DNA from: Bugula neritina
Taxonomy: Eukaryota > Animalia > Bryozoa
Assembly: GCA_964035545.1 (NCBI GenBank)
Contig: OZ037766.1
Coordinates: 23,424,767-23,488,766 of the forward strand
DNA length: 64,000 bases
Direction: 5' to 3'
Shown here: piece after piece, positions 10,152 through 22,500 of the stretch
Layout of the letters: each line of letters opens with the position of its first letter
Position numbering within the stretch: position 1 is the stretch's first letter
The notes under the pieces: model-generated
What the model was told of the DNA's origin: nothing
The model's input: the letters and a program-made list of their open reading frames with translations, nothing else
The model's database searches: none
Program-made: the position numbers and the translations under genes

Positions 10152-12418
10152 TCAATAAAAGCGTTTTCTTGAGTTATCTTGGTGTCTTTGGAAGACCAGG
10201 AAGCCAACAAGAACGACAACTCCAACAGCGACACACAAAAGCACAATTATCAACAGGAGCTTCAATCCAGACCACGAGCCAGAAAAGAATCCTGGTTTGG
10301 GGTCATCTACATGATCTGCAACAGGAAATACACATATATGTATAATGATACATGTATACCAACAGCAGCTATATGAGTTTACAGCATATCACGACTTTAC
10401 TTTGGTACTCAGGGCAGATATAAAACATAGTTATAGTAGTAAGGCAATTTATTTTCGTAACTACAGAAAAATTAGAGAAAAGTATATATAAGAATTACCT
10501 TAGGAAAAAAGACACAACAAAAATGTAGCGAATAAGAAGAAAAGGTACGAAAGTAATGAATACACAACACAAATCGATGTTTTCCCAGGCACATGAGCCC
10601 AATGCGGGAAAAGCATGTGCGGCCAGATGAATAAAAAATAGTAGTTAATCAGCCCAATGCGGGAGAAGCAAGTACGGCCGAATTTAGCAATATAATGCGA
10701 TAAATCTGTGTTGTCCGAGTCTGGATTTTTCCTTTTTGATCTTTTATCAGCACGTATAACAGCAGCTATAGGAGTTTACATCACATGACAACTTTACTTT
10801 AGTAGTCAGGGCAGACATACCTCGGGGAGGTGAAAATATGGACGCGCTGGGCTCCACTTTACTGTAGTCATCATCTTGTTTAAGTTGAGATTCCAGCTCA
10901 TAGAATTTGACGGAAATAATATCGTGGTTGTCTGGTGACAGAAAGAATATATGGTAAAAATATGATTAGTTATATAACAGCAAAATAAAAATACAACAAA
11001 ATATAAACAGATACAGAATATCTACCAGCAAAACACGAAACAGATTTCAATGGTGACATTGCAATGTTTTAAAATTTACCTGCAAGGTCTCCAGTGGCTG
11101 CCGTTAGTCCCAGATAGTACCCAGTAGGCAAATGAACTCCTTCAACCACGAAACATTCTTCCCAGTTTTGTTTATTGTCTATGTCAGTCGACACCTAGGA
11201 GTATATAACACACAATATGAGAAGTAATAATTGATAAGGCAGATACCATCTAACCATTGTGAGCTATACCTAAATATATGGAAAGCTGAGAGCAATTTCC
11301 TCATTTAGAATTTCTTTACTCTATGCATTTAACCAGAGAAGACAACTCCTGGCTCTCAGCAAATAGTGATAAATCTACAGATTTTTCAACAAAGTGTATA
11401 TAATTATGTAATATGGACAACAAAGCCACTCACACTAAGCTTGTTGTCCAAGTATCTGACGGCTATAAAAGTTTCATGGTTGACGTTTCTGGCTGTAACA
11501 GAGCATCCAGCTAACTCAGTGTGTGTACCATCTCTGTCGTGATCATATGCCAGCGTGCCATTGTTTATCATAGCAGATATATATGGGTGTTGGTGATTGT
11601 GAGGCCCATTATGGTTGTTGTATGTGTCCAGTAGAACAGCAAGTCCATGAAAATGGTTTTTATAACCAAAAACATCACCTAAAAGATTCAACAGATGCGT
11701 GTATAAAATTGACTCAACATCGAGTTGAATATCATATTCACATGATGTGTGTGTATATATTATTGCTTAGAATACAAACCCAATACTAGAGGATCTTTAG
11801 CATACCAGAATGCAAAGCCATCGCCATGGAGACCATTCTCACCTTGACCATGTATTGCAAATTGTATGTGGACTTCCCAGTTGTGGTATACTATTGGCTA
11901 AAAGAAATCAATAATATATTCATAATAAATTCATGAAAGTTTACTGTTACAAAATCTTGCTTGAGGCACAAACTTTTAAGATATTTTATGGGTGAGAGAA
12001 TTCTTAGTCCAACCTGAATATTCCACAATCCTCCTTGCTGACTTTGCTCATCTCTGGTCAGCCTCACTCGGTCAGTCATTATTACTGATTGGCCAAGGAT
12101 GTCCCAATATGAACCTTGAGTATAAAAATACGCATAATAAAATACTACCGTCATTTCATAAAAATACATGATTCATCAGCACTTTGAAGCCGTTATATAA
12201 CGCGCATTGAGCCATTGGTTACCAGCTTGATAAGGTGTTGTGCATTAGCAGGTACAATAACTTACCTGTATTAGCAGGTACAATAACTTACCTGTATAAG
12301 GAGAGGTGAGTGTGTGCTCTCTTCTAAGATACTCAGACTGTACATTATAAAACTGACTAGCAAATATCAATAAATATTTGAGGAAGAAGACTGAAAATAA
12401 ATTCAATCCGGGATGCAT
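10152..12418 (-). CDS. LMAN2: VIP36/VIPL-like L-type lectin cargo receptor (LMAN2/LMAN2L family), 7 coding exons
   Basis: Signal peptide; EYLRREHTLTSPY, RVRLTRDEQSQQGGLWN, GDGFAFWY, LDTYNN, YDHDRDGTHTELAGC, LPTGYYLGLTAATGDLADNHD; TM helix; C-terminal RKRFY. Confidence 0.93.
12244..12295. repeat. Exact 26-bp tandem duplication spanning the splice donor of LMAN2 coding exon 1
   Basis: attagcaggtacaataacttacctgt x2. Confidence 0.95.
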
Positions 12419-12539
12419 CTTCTTGTTCTAGTGAATATTTTCCCTATAATAAAAAAGGAATGTTACTAATTATTCATTTATTACTTATAAAAAACAACGT
12501 GCACAATTCAGCCATCTATTAATTTAAGATATTTATGTT

Positions 12540-14160
12540 AAGTCGCCAGTAAGCAATAATCAATTCAGTAACTTCATAAGTAAAAGATAAGTCTATTATC
12601 ACCTTCAGATTATTAACTCTACTCATACTTCCATCAAACCTAAGTTCTCAACAACCAGAATCAATTGGAAAACAACAAAAAGAGACAGTCTATATGTCGT
12701 GTGACAAAACACTTATAAATGTTTTTTGGAATAAATTACGTGTTGCTACTTTCTATCCATACCAAATCAAGTTTGTAACATTAGCTCATATATGGAATGA
12801 TTATAAGATAGGTTATCAGGTCTAATTTAAATAAATTACAGAGAGTAGCACTTACATTTACTAAAAATAAAATACATTATCCTATATAAACAACTGCTAT
12901 CTAGTAGAGATAACAGTAATAATAATACCTATACTAATAATAATACTATTGCCAGACAGATCAATGAGTTTTATTATTATTCTGAGTTTAATTTCAAATT
13001 CATTTCATTATATTATAATTACAATTATATATAATAACGATGTTATATATGTATTTATCATTATTAGAAACTTTTATAAAATTCACAAGGGCGTATAGTT
13101 GCTATTCCTGTGAGAACCCCTGATCAAAAAGTTTATTTAGTGGGCCACGAATTTGTTTTCTATTGCCGTAACAGAGAAATTATGACTAAATGCCCTTCCT
13201 AACATCATCAATGTATGCTGTTACTAGTAGTAATTTAGTTTTACTGAATAGCCTAGCAGTTGAAGTGAAAAGAAGTTAGAGCTATGTTTAACTTTGACTT
13301 GTGCCTAAGGCTAATGAAGTATTATCAATACTAATAATCAATAGAGTATTAGTAATACTAGTAGTAATCGCTGTAACGACTAACGACATAGTCTGATTAG
13401 TAATAGTGAAGTGATAGTCTTACACAACTGATACTCATCTCAATCTGAATTTCATGATAATTAATAGTAATACGTTTATATTTAGTATTACTCATAGTAT
13501 TACTCTTAGTATCAGTATTACTAATGATTGTGGTTATCTGTTATTAACTATGTAGGCTATATTAGTAATTGGTACTAGTATCAAGTATTAAATCAAGAAT
13601 AAGTCCCCCACTTACTTGTACTTTCAGTTTAGAACTAATATTATGATTAACAATAATTTCAAGTTTAAGTTACTTTAGGTATCACAATGAATCATGATAA
13701 CAGTAACACTAACTATATCGACAGGTACCGGTAGCAACTGCAATATGAACATCATCATCGACATTACTTCATTATAATGATGCACATAATTATCATAAAT
13801 TAAGTAAATATCATTCTTCATTATCATTGGACAATACGCAAAACGAAAACTAAATCTTACTCTAAGAGTAAGAGTAAGACTAACTCTTACTCTAAGACTA
13901 AGTCTAAGAGTAAGTCACTAACTAAGTCACTTACAGTTACTAGCTGCAATTTTTAAAGTACCAGTATGGCTAAGAGTTATACTTACAGTAACACTAATTC
14001 ATTGATTAAGTAAGTTAGTAAGACTAAGAGGAAGTGTCCAGTTTAAATTAAATTGTGGTGACTGTTGAGACTTGGTCTCAAAGTTGAAACCGAACTCAAA
14101 CTGAAAGTTAAAAATTAAAGTTACTAAATACTATAACTATTAGTATTATTGTTAAAATTC
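12540..14160. other. 6-bp-periodic (TNA-NNN)n island, probably in the LMAN2 5'-UTR intron
   Basis: 11 consecutive in-register TNA units at 13851-13913 and many shorter runs. Candidate minus-strand acceptor near 12445. Confidence 0.75.
13094..13213 (-). mobile_element. Fragment of the same SINE family as 39279-39461
   Basis: Shared cctgtgagaa(a)cccc and tgact..atgc.cttcctaacatca.caatg. Confidence 0.65.
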
Positions 14161-14822
14161 ACAGAAAAAATGAATGTGTCAAACTGTAATTTACAGAATA
14201 TATTTTGATTGTTTTAGTTTACAAGCAAGTCGACGGTATTAAATTTTTTAAAGAACACAATAAATGATTTATATTTAAAATTAAATTTCAATTTGAGGTT
14301 TCAAAACTCAACTTCTGGTACTTTTTTGTTGTGGAAGGTACAAAAGCGATGACAGTTGTCGTAATTGATATGTAGATAGTATTTGAAAATGTGTGTATTC
14401 AAAAGCAGTAATAAGACGTCATTTGAAGTACAGAACCTAGTTTGTGTTTCTGAAAAACAAAACTTTTCCTTATGAGATTCACATGGCAGAAAAATAAATT
14501 TATCAGAACACGAACTAACACCCAAAATCCTATAAATTTCTAACGATTCTCAACTTAGTCTCCCCTCTACACCACCGTAGCTTTGTAAACATAAATTTTG
14601 GCTAGAAAATTGTGATTTGCCGACTACTTGGCTAAAAATGGTCTTTGATTAGTGTTTTACTAAATTTAACCGATTTAGCTTTTTCAGTTTTATAGGCAAT
14701 AGCAATAATTATATTTTCATAATAGTTAGGTAAGCATACGCTAAAAAAACAAAGATACACCGCCTTTTCTTTATCAAAAACAAGGCAACTAATTGATAAC
14801 AGTACCAAGGTCCAGAATCAGA
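14160..14822. promoter_or_regulatory. Inferred bidirectional promoter and 5'-UTR region for LMAN2 and NDUFS3
   Basis: Head-to-head gene arrangement; non-periodic core between two periodic islands. TSSs are not visible directly. Confidence 0.5.
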
Positions 14823-17800
14823 ATGGCAGTTGCTGCTGGAAGAATATTTTCTAATCACCTCCTGAGGAATTCGTTACGAAACTGTAAGTATAAGTTTTAC
14901 TCCAAGTCTAATGGGTGTGCTAAGTAGCAAAATACTACTGTTTTAGTTTTCTTTTTATGCTCATAGTCATACTGATACTGTAAGTGAAAAAATTATTGTA
15001 ATACCGACCAATAAAACTAAAAGTTAATCATAATGATAATGATAATCATAATATTATTATTAATGTAATTGTATAGTAATACTTATACACTTACATTTGT
15101 ACTTATAGTATTATGCTAGTACTAATTGTAGCTGACTCGTTCGAGTTAGACTTACAGTTACACTTCCTCCTAGACGTTGGATTTAATGCTATAGTTATCC
15201 TTATTAACTTTTGTTCATATTGATATTCATATTGGTGCTTGTATTGCATTCCTGTAAGGCTAAGTCAGTAAGACTAAATGGAACTATATGCAAGTGTAGT
15301 GCAAAGTGTAATATTGATAACTTTTTTTTAAAAAAATCGAAATACAGTTGAATTGTAATAACCCAGTAACTAAGAATAAGAATAACTGATTTAATGACTT
15401 TTGCTAAACTCAAAGTTAAATCACGTAATAGCTTTATGATTAAGAAGTACAAGAAGTAAATTAGTTTAATGCTTGTAGTTTATACTTATGTTACTAATCG
15501 TTGGAGTTTGACATTCAAAATAAAATAGAAGAAATAAAAAAGACTGTCAATAAACATGTATATGGCTATTCTCTAGGTGTGGCATCAGGTCTTCCAGGTT
15601 TAACTAAAGTGTGCAACCAGTTAAAGACAATTAATGTGCACAATAGCAGATGTGAACAGCTTCGCTATGAAACTAGTGAGTAGTAGTATAATTGTTGATA
15701 TAAACATAGTATCTATACTGTAACTTTTCTGTACTAACTCACTAAAAATTTACTAATTACTGTGGTGATTCACTAATTTTCCTATTCTTTATGTTGAAAT
15801 AAGTAGTAATTATTATATTATTACTGTATGTTATAAGATGTGTTAAATGCCTTGTCCAGGCTATTTGATTTAATTGTGTTACTAACATACATTAGTATTA
15901 GTAAACTTTTACTTTATGTATTAAGGTTTTATTTTAATGCATGTTTTATATAGCATTACTACATTATAATTTTATATCACTCTACTACTGTATATCTTGC
16001 TACCACCAGCTACAACTGTGAAAGAATCTGTACCACAAGCTAATGCACAGCTGGAGGAATACGGGAAAATGTGTGCTGAAGTTCTTCCTAAATATATCCA
16101 GGTTAGATATTGTAGTAGTTTTGTGGGTAGAATGAAATTAAGTGGGGAGCATAACTGCAGTATAGAAGAAACAAAGTATTTGTAGTCGAGAGAAGAAATC
16201 TTTATTGTATCAAAAGTAGCGTGTATAAGTAGGTCTGTATCCTACTCTGTGAGCTCGCCCCTTTATATACAGGGACAAAGCCCTTCTAGCAACTTCTACC
16301 GTTCCTGTCCAAAAGTCGGGCTTTCTGGCATTTTGTTGCGCTTGCCGATGTCAGAAAATACTCCGACTTTCGGACAGAATCGATTTAGACGATCATAACT
16401 GTTAAATGAAAGAATATAAAAATTTGAAAAGACAACTCTAGATAAAAGACACATTATACTATTATCGCAAATTTCCACTGCAATATTTCCTCTTTTTTTC
16501 AATGTAATGAGTTTTTTCTATGCAAATATATTGTTACACTCTTTTTGCATACATGTTTTGAGCGCATGCGTTAATATATTTACTCTTTTCTTTATGATTT
16601 AGATGTGGTTGTTTTTCAATGACATGCATTTATTCACGCTCTTCTTTTTTATACACTTATATAAATGCACTGTATTTGCCATGCTCTAGATGTTCATTAT
16701 ATTCTCTGTAGTGCCTTTATTCACTGCGTTTCCATGACTTTAAATTATGCGAATGGATGCTTGTACGGATGAATTTGTGGTTACAGTTTGCATGGGCTTA
16801 TAGTTGTAGCTTCATTCTGCAACTGTTTCCATATACAGAATGAAAAATCCATTCGAATAATGTGAAGCTTGGAAACATAGTGAGTGTAAGCCTAGTTATC
16901 TATATTTCACTATTTATATTGCAGAGAGCAGAAGTGACACAATTTGGGGAGCTCGAGCTATTGATACATCCTAGCGGAGTGATTCCAGTGACAACCTTCC
17001 TTAAGGATCACCACAATGGACAGTTTCTTAATCTTTCTGACATTGCAGGCATTGACATACCAGCCAAAACTAATAGATTTGAGGTGAAGTTATTTTACAA
17101 AATACAGCATTTTGCAAAATACAAAAGTTATTTTATAACTTTTTAGAAATTAGATTGAAATTTTTTTACTGAATTTTATCCAAGTATAATCTAAATAATG
17201 TTCTGTATTCCACATGAGTATAGATTATCATGGCATGCTTTGTAGATCGTGTATAATTTACTGTCACTGCGATATAACGCCAGAATTAGACTAAGAACAT
17301 ACACTGATGAACTGAGTCCAATTGATAGCCTGTGTTCTGTGTTTATCGCAGCTAACTGGTATGAAAGGGAGGTAGGCTAATTATACATTTAGTATTATTC
17401 TAATGTTTTTCATATTCCTCTTAATCATTGGAAAGGCATGTGGCCCGATCAGTAATGCAAAGTTGCATGTACTGTGCATATAATTGGTATCTAATATATG
17501 TAGACAAGGTGTTTCCATTTTTATTGTTGTTGCTCATCGGTTTTTTCATTAAATTTTGAGTTTAGGTTTTATATCTGTTGTTAACGCTTATTGTTACTGC
17601 TTTGCAAGTTACAGCTTTTTTGTTGTCATAGACATAGTGTTTAGTGAAACTTAGTGTAAGTTTTCTAATTAAATAGCCTTTACCAGATGTAATGTCTGTA
17701 GTATATGCAAACTATATTATTTATAAGATGCTATAACCCAAATATCACATATCATCATATAATTTACAGATCTGGGATATGTATGGTGTGTATTTTTCAA

Positions 17801-19219
17801 ACCATCCAGATCTTCGAAGAATTCTTACCGATTATGGATTTGAGGGGCATCCCCAGAGGAAGGATTTCCCCTTAAGTGGCTATGTGGAGGTAATTCTATA
17901 CATAGATGAGTGTTCAGGTGGTACTTTGCTCTACCCTGTTGGCCACACTGTTTATCTATAAACTTGATTACTCATTCTAATTTCCTAATATGCTCAATAT
18001 TCTTTTCTAATGAACTCCTAATTCTCAATCTGGATTCTTCCCAAGGATTAAGATCTAAATAGTGACAATCAGTTAAACTTATGTCAAATGAAAATTAAAC
18101 ACAAAATAAAATCAAGAGAGTATTTTTCCTCCACTGTCTAATTGTTGAGTACCAAAACATTCGTCTAGACTTTCATAAAACTAGTGAGGACAACTCTTCA
18201 TAAGTTTTATCTTGCAGCTTTCAAAGTTATATACTTTCGTACTTTGAACATTAAAGCAAAAAATTTTCAAGTGGTCGAGCTACCATATTTGTCCAATATC
18301 AATGAAGTTCTTCTTTCAAAATCTTTATTTGTTTTTTCGGCAATTGTGCTCTTTTTACTCTACAAATTCTTTTTCAACCTTCTTTGTCTAACTTGAAGTC
18401 TCTATGTTTTCCAATTGCATACCATGTTTAAATATCTATTATTACTTCATGGTTTCCAATGAGCTAAATACTGCAGTCATCACTGTATGCAAATATAGAT
18501 GAACTGCATATAAACATTGAATAATTATATTGCAATATATTTTTTTGTTTTACTTTATTTTTCAACATCGTAACTGCTTCTTTTTTTGTTGAATTCTCTT
18601 TAACCTTGAAGCTAATCTTTTTTAACAACTGCTGTAATAATGTGTTGTTTTCTCGGTTGACTGTGCTGGAAGTTTAGTTTGCTAAAAGATAGGAACAGCA
18701 ATTCTTTCATTGATAAATCATGCTTAACTCAAGGATGACTGTCAAACATTATCCTTTGAATTGCATAGATTAGAGAATTGCTGTCAAACTGATTTTCTTA
18801 AAAGCATTACTTTCTTCTCAATGTAATCAACAAGGTAGTTTTTTAGGATCACAAAGCTACCTTGAAAGTGACTCTGTAGTTAAGCAGTGCTCTCTATATG
18901 TAAATACATCAAGTTTGAGTCTTTTTAAGGAGATATTTTTTCTACTGGTAACGTTAGATAACCTCAACTATTTTATTAGCAAATAACCATGATTTCATGT
19001 ATGCACGCATGTTTTACTGTTCACTTGTAGATGAGATATGATGAAGATGTGAAAAGAGTTGTAGCTGAACCACTGGAATTAGCCCAAGAGTTTAGAAAGT
19101 TCGAGCTGGGTAGCGAGTGGGAGCAGTTCCCAGCTCATAGAAACAGAGAGGTGAAGGTGCGCCAAGTATCTCCAGGAGAGTCTTTCAAACAGGTTGCCAA
19201 GGAGGGTGAAGACAATTGA
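14823..19219 (+). CDS. NDUFS3: NADH:ubiquinone oxidoreductase core subunit S3 (30 kDa), 7 exons
   Basis: Mitochondrial-transit-like N-terminus; [85 protein letters not shown]. Approximate exons 14823-14883, 15577-15675, 16010-16101, 16926-17083, 17246-17371, 17770-17889, 19031-19219. Confidence 0.97.
14950..15900. other. 6-bp-periodic (TNA-NNN)n island in NDUFS3 introns 1-2
   Basis: For example TCA TAG TCA TAC TGA TAC near 14961; TCA TAA TGA TAA TGA TAA TCA TAA near 15028; TTA GAC TTA CAG TTA CAC near 15146. Confidence 0.65.
16299..16383. repeat. Short inverted-repeat (MITE-like) element
   Basis: ctgtccaaaagtcgg versus ccgactttcggacag (reverse complement ctgtccgaaagtcgg). Confidence 0.55.
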
Positions 19220-19594
19220 CAGTGTGATGATAATATGATGGATTAGTAACCATAATCTTATAACAAAGATGTGTTATGCCAGATTTTATTGTATTGTACA
19301 CCATAAAACTTGCTAAATAAGAAGAGTTTTCTGATAAGATTTGTACTGAACTGTAGTAAATTCAGTTGACTGATGTATAATAAATTATTGTCTGGTTTGT
19401 GATAAATGTGGCTTGTTACTATCAAGAGAAAGTTCTTGCTGGCATCTGGAGAGAGGTTATTCGTTGTCCAGTAAGTTATATTGAACGTGTTGCTCCTGTA
19501 ACAAGTGGAGCCATGGTTACCATATGCGAGGATATAATTTGTGTATTTCATGCTTTCAAATACAATACATGGTGCCCTAAAATAGTATGCTGAG

Positions 19595-22500
19595 TCATTG
19601 GCTCACCTCAATAACCTCATCTGGGTCAAACGGTTCATCCGCATCAATTTCGTTCAGGCTGATGCGACTAAAGGTCCTGGCAAATGATTCTCGTCTCATT
19701 CGCTCAAACCAGTTCTTATTTCGCTCAAAATACGAGCATTTCCTCTCTAATTTCCGTCTCCTCTTCTCACCAGAGTTCTTCTACACAAATTTCGTTTAAT
19801 CATTTTAAATAAACCTGCTAAGGTGCAGCATCAGCAATTTTGAAGTTGTGTTATATTCTCCAACTAGATAAAAAAAACAATTCCAAAAACTTATAATTGT
19901 ATCTGGTTCATTGGAAAAGGTTTTCGGGGCTAACTTTAAAAGAAATTGCATATGTTAATAATATTTTCTTTAATTTATTCTTTTTGTGAATAGCACCACA
20001 TAGGTAAAGCACATTTAAAATGTCTGGTGAAACAAACACTCAATTTTCCCCTAAATCTTTGAGTCGTCTTCAAAGTATATAATTTATGCTCTGAAAATGA
20101 TTTGTGTGAGGGACTTCAAGCATGTATGCATTTTAAAAATACTTCATGTAATTGCCACAATAAAAATTGGCTTGATATAAAAAATATTATAAATATTACT
20201 CAGCATCCATCATCACTTATTTACCAATGTTATAGACACTGTGCTATGTATGAGAATGTACTGGGTTTTAAAGTGAATTCGGCAATATCAATACTGTGTC
20301 AACATATCAAACTATTTAACTACGGACTGTTGGAGCTGACTTACAGATATAGTGGATGAGTTGAAGTTTTGAGAGGAGGCAACAGCAAGCAGGTTAACTG
20401 TAGGATCATTATCTGTTGTCAGTGCAGCATCGTAAGCCTGGTTTATGAGAAATGAAAGAGAATTACTTAATATGTGAATGCATACAAGTATATAATAAAG
20501 TAAGATCATCTCTTTATAATTAGTGTACATTATAGGAAAAAAAGCTGTTCAATATGGTACGCGGTGACAATTTGTTCATTTGATTATTTACGGCTAGTAA
20601 TAATCAAAGGCATATTACCGACTTAGGTGTATTTACCTTGAAAATTGTATTCTTCCATCTGGTACGGATTTTCTGATGCCGTTTCTGAATGCTTTTTGAT
20701 TTTGAATCAGGCGAACCAAAATGTGTACCATCTAGTTGAAGAATTGCCTAAACAAAAGATAAAAGTAACAGCAGCTCCTATCTGAACACGCATGCATATA
20801 TGCATATATAAAAGGATTATAGGCATTTTTTCATGTTTGAATATTCAAATTCTTGTAGAGACTCACCCCTAGCATGACTGTAACGACAATAATGAATGGT
20901 ACAAGTGAAATGAGAAAAGGAATTAGCCGAACTCTATCCCATTGCACAATCAATGAAGCTAAAAATATATATTTAGTATGATGAAAGTTATCTATTACAC
21001 AGAGAAGTTGTGACATAACATATCTTCATCACACTACGTTCTCATGATACATAATATTGTATAGTAGAATATAATATACATAGATCTTCTATAGCTTGGG
21101 CACAGCCGGAATCTATGTACTGATCTTTAGTGTAGGCCCTCAACTTGATGCAGTAGTCGGCACTATACTTCAGTTTTCCATTACAGTATTGACTCTTGAG
21201 TTTCCTGTCACATGTCTGAGAGCCAATGAGATAATCAACAGTTCTACCTGTGCATCACATCAACAATAATACACTTCATATTAATTATTTGTACATTATT
21301 CTCACATATCTCGCTTTGTCCTGTTCGGTAGTGGGATTATTTGCACATGTTACATTATACTATAACTAAGAATATGTACATTATATATACTTTTATATAT
21401 ATTTGCAATATATCTTGTATATCAAAATATTTCAATTCATTAGCAATATATTATGTATCATACACACTACTCTGACGATGACCGGGCTCAATCCACTGAA
21501 AGAGATTTTCATTAGTAACCACCACATCTTCCAAACCAATAGCTTCTTCCATACTCATATGTGCGTTATCCCCTCTAAATATTGGGTCTTTAGCTGCAAT
21601 GGCAGCAAATTCCAAGTTTACCGGCATGCGACTTCATAGAGTACACAATTTCGGTTACAAAGAAATAAAATATATAATGGCAGAACTGAAAAGTAATAGG
21701 CCAAAAACTTGTTTCAATTTGAGAACTATGTTTGTAACAGCTACTACAGTAGCGGCTCCTTATACCTGAATACGCTCTCTTTTTTCTCCCAACTTGAAAC
21801 TCGGCATGGAGAGCACCAGTAATGACATCTGGACATCCTGAACCGGTAAATAGCTGACATCTATCATGAATTAAATAAGGTGGCCAATAAGGATAGTCTT
21901 GAGCCTGCGATACCATATAAGGTAATAATAGTCAATGCATTTAAATATACTATAGTGAAATAATATCGCCCGTAGAATCATAGCATTTATTCACATGTAG
22001 GTAAGTATTACCCACAGCTGCCCAAGTAGTGAGGTTATCGGTAATGGTCCCCTCAATGTAACTTTGTGGTAGAAACTCATTTCGTTCAATAACAATGATG
22101 TTAAATAAATACACGCTGCCATTCAGTGGTGAAAAGATGTCAGTAAGACGCACTTCAATTGTACTTTCATCGGCATCAAAGTTCTTTAACCTAGAACTAA
22201 TAAAAATCAAAAAACGATGCAGTGATGCATATTACAGAGTTCTGTAACACACCATATGTCTCCATGCATGTGCTATAAAATATTGAGACAAAATATTATA
22301 ACTGCAATTTAAAGTAAGGTGCTATTAAATACAGAAATAACACTCAATTCTATAGTATATCACAGCATACTACAAAATATTACAGCATTCTGGACTGCGC
22401 AGTATACAGCAGTAACTCTGGTACACTGCAGAGCCCTACAATATACTAAAAAGCTACTCTAGCATTCTTTTATATTGTAGAAATCGTTGCAGCACATTTC

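Noticed and set aside
13851-13920. Interstitial telomeric repeat explanation for the hexamer runs
   Set aside because: Units are not TTAGGG/TTAGG, lack a G-rich strand and vary in their spacers.
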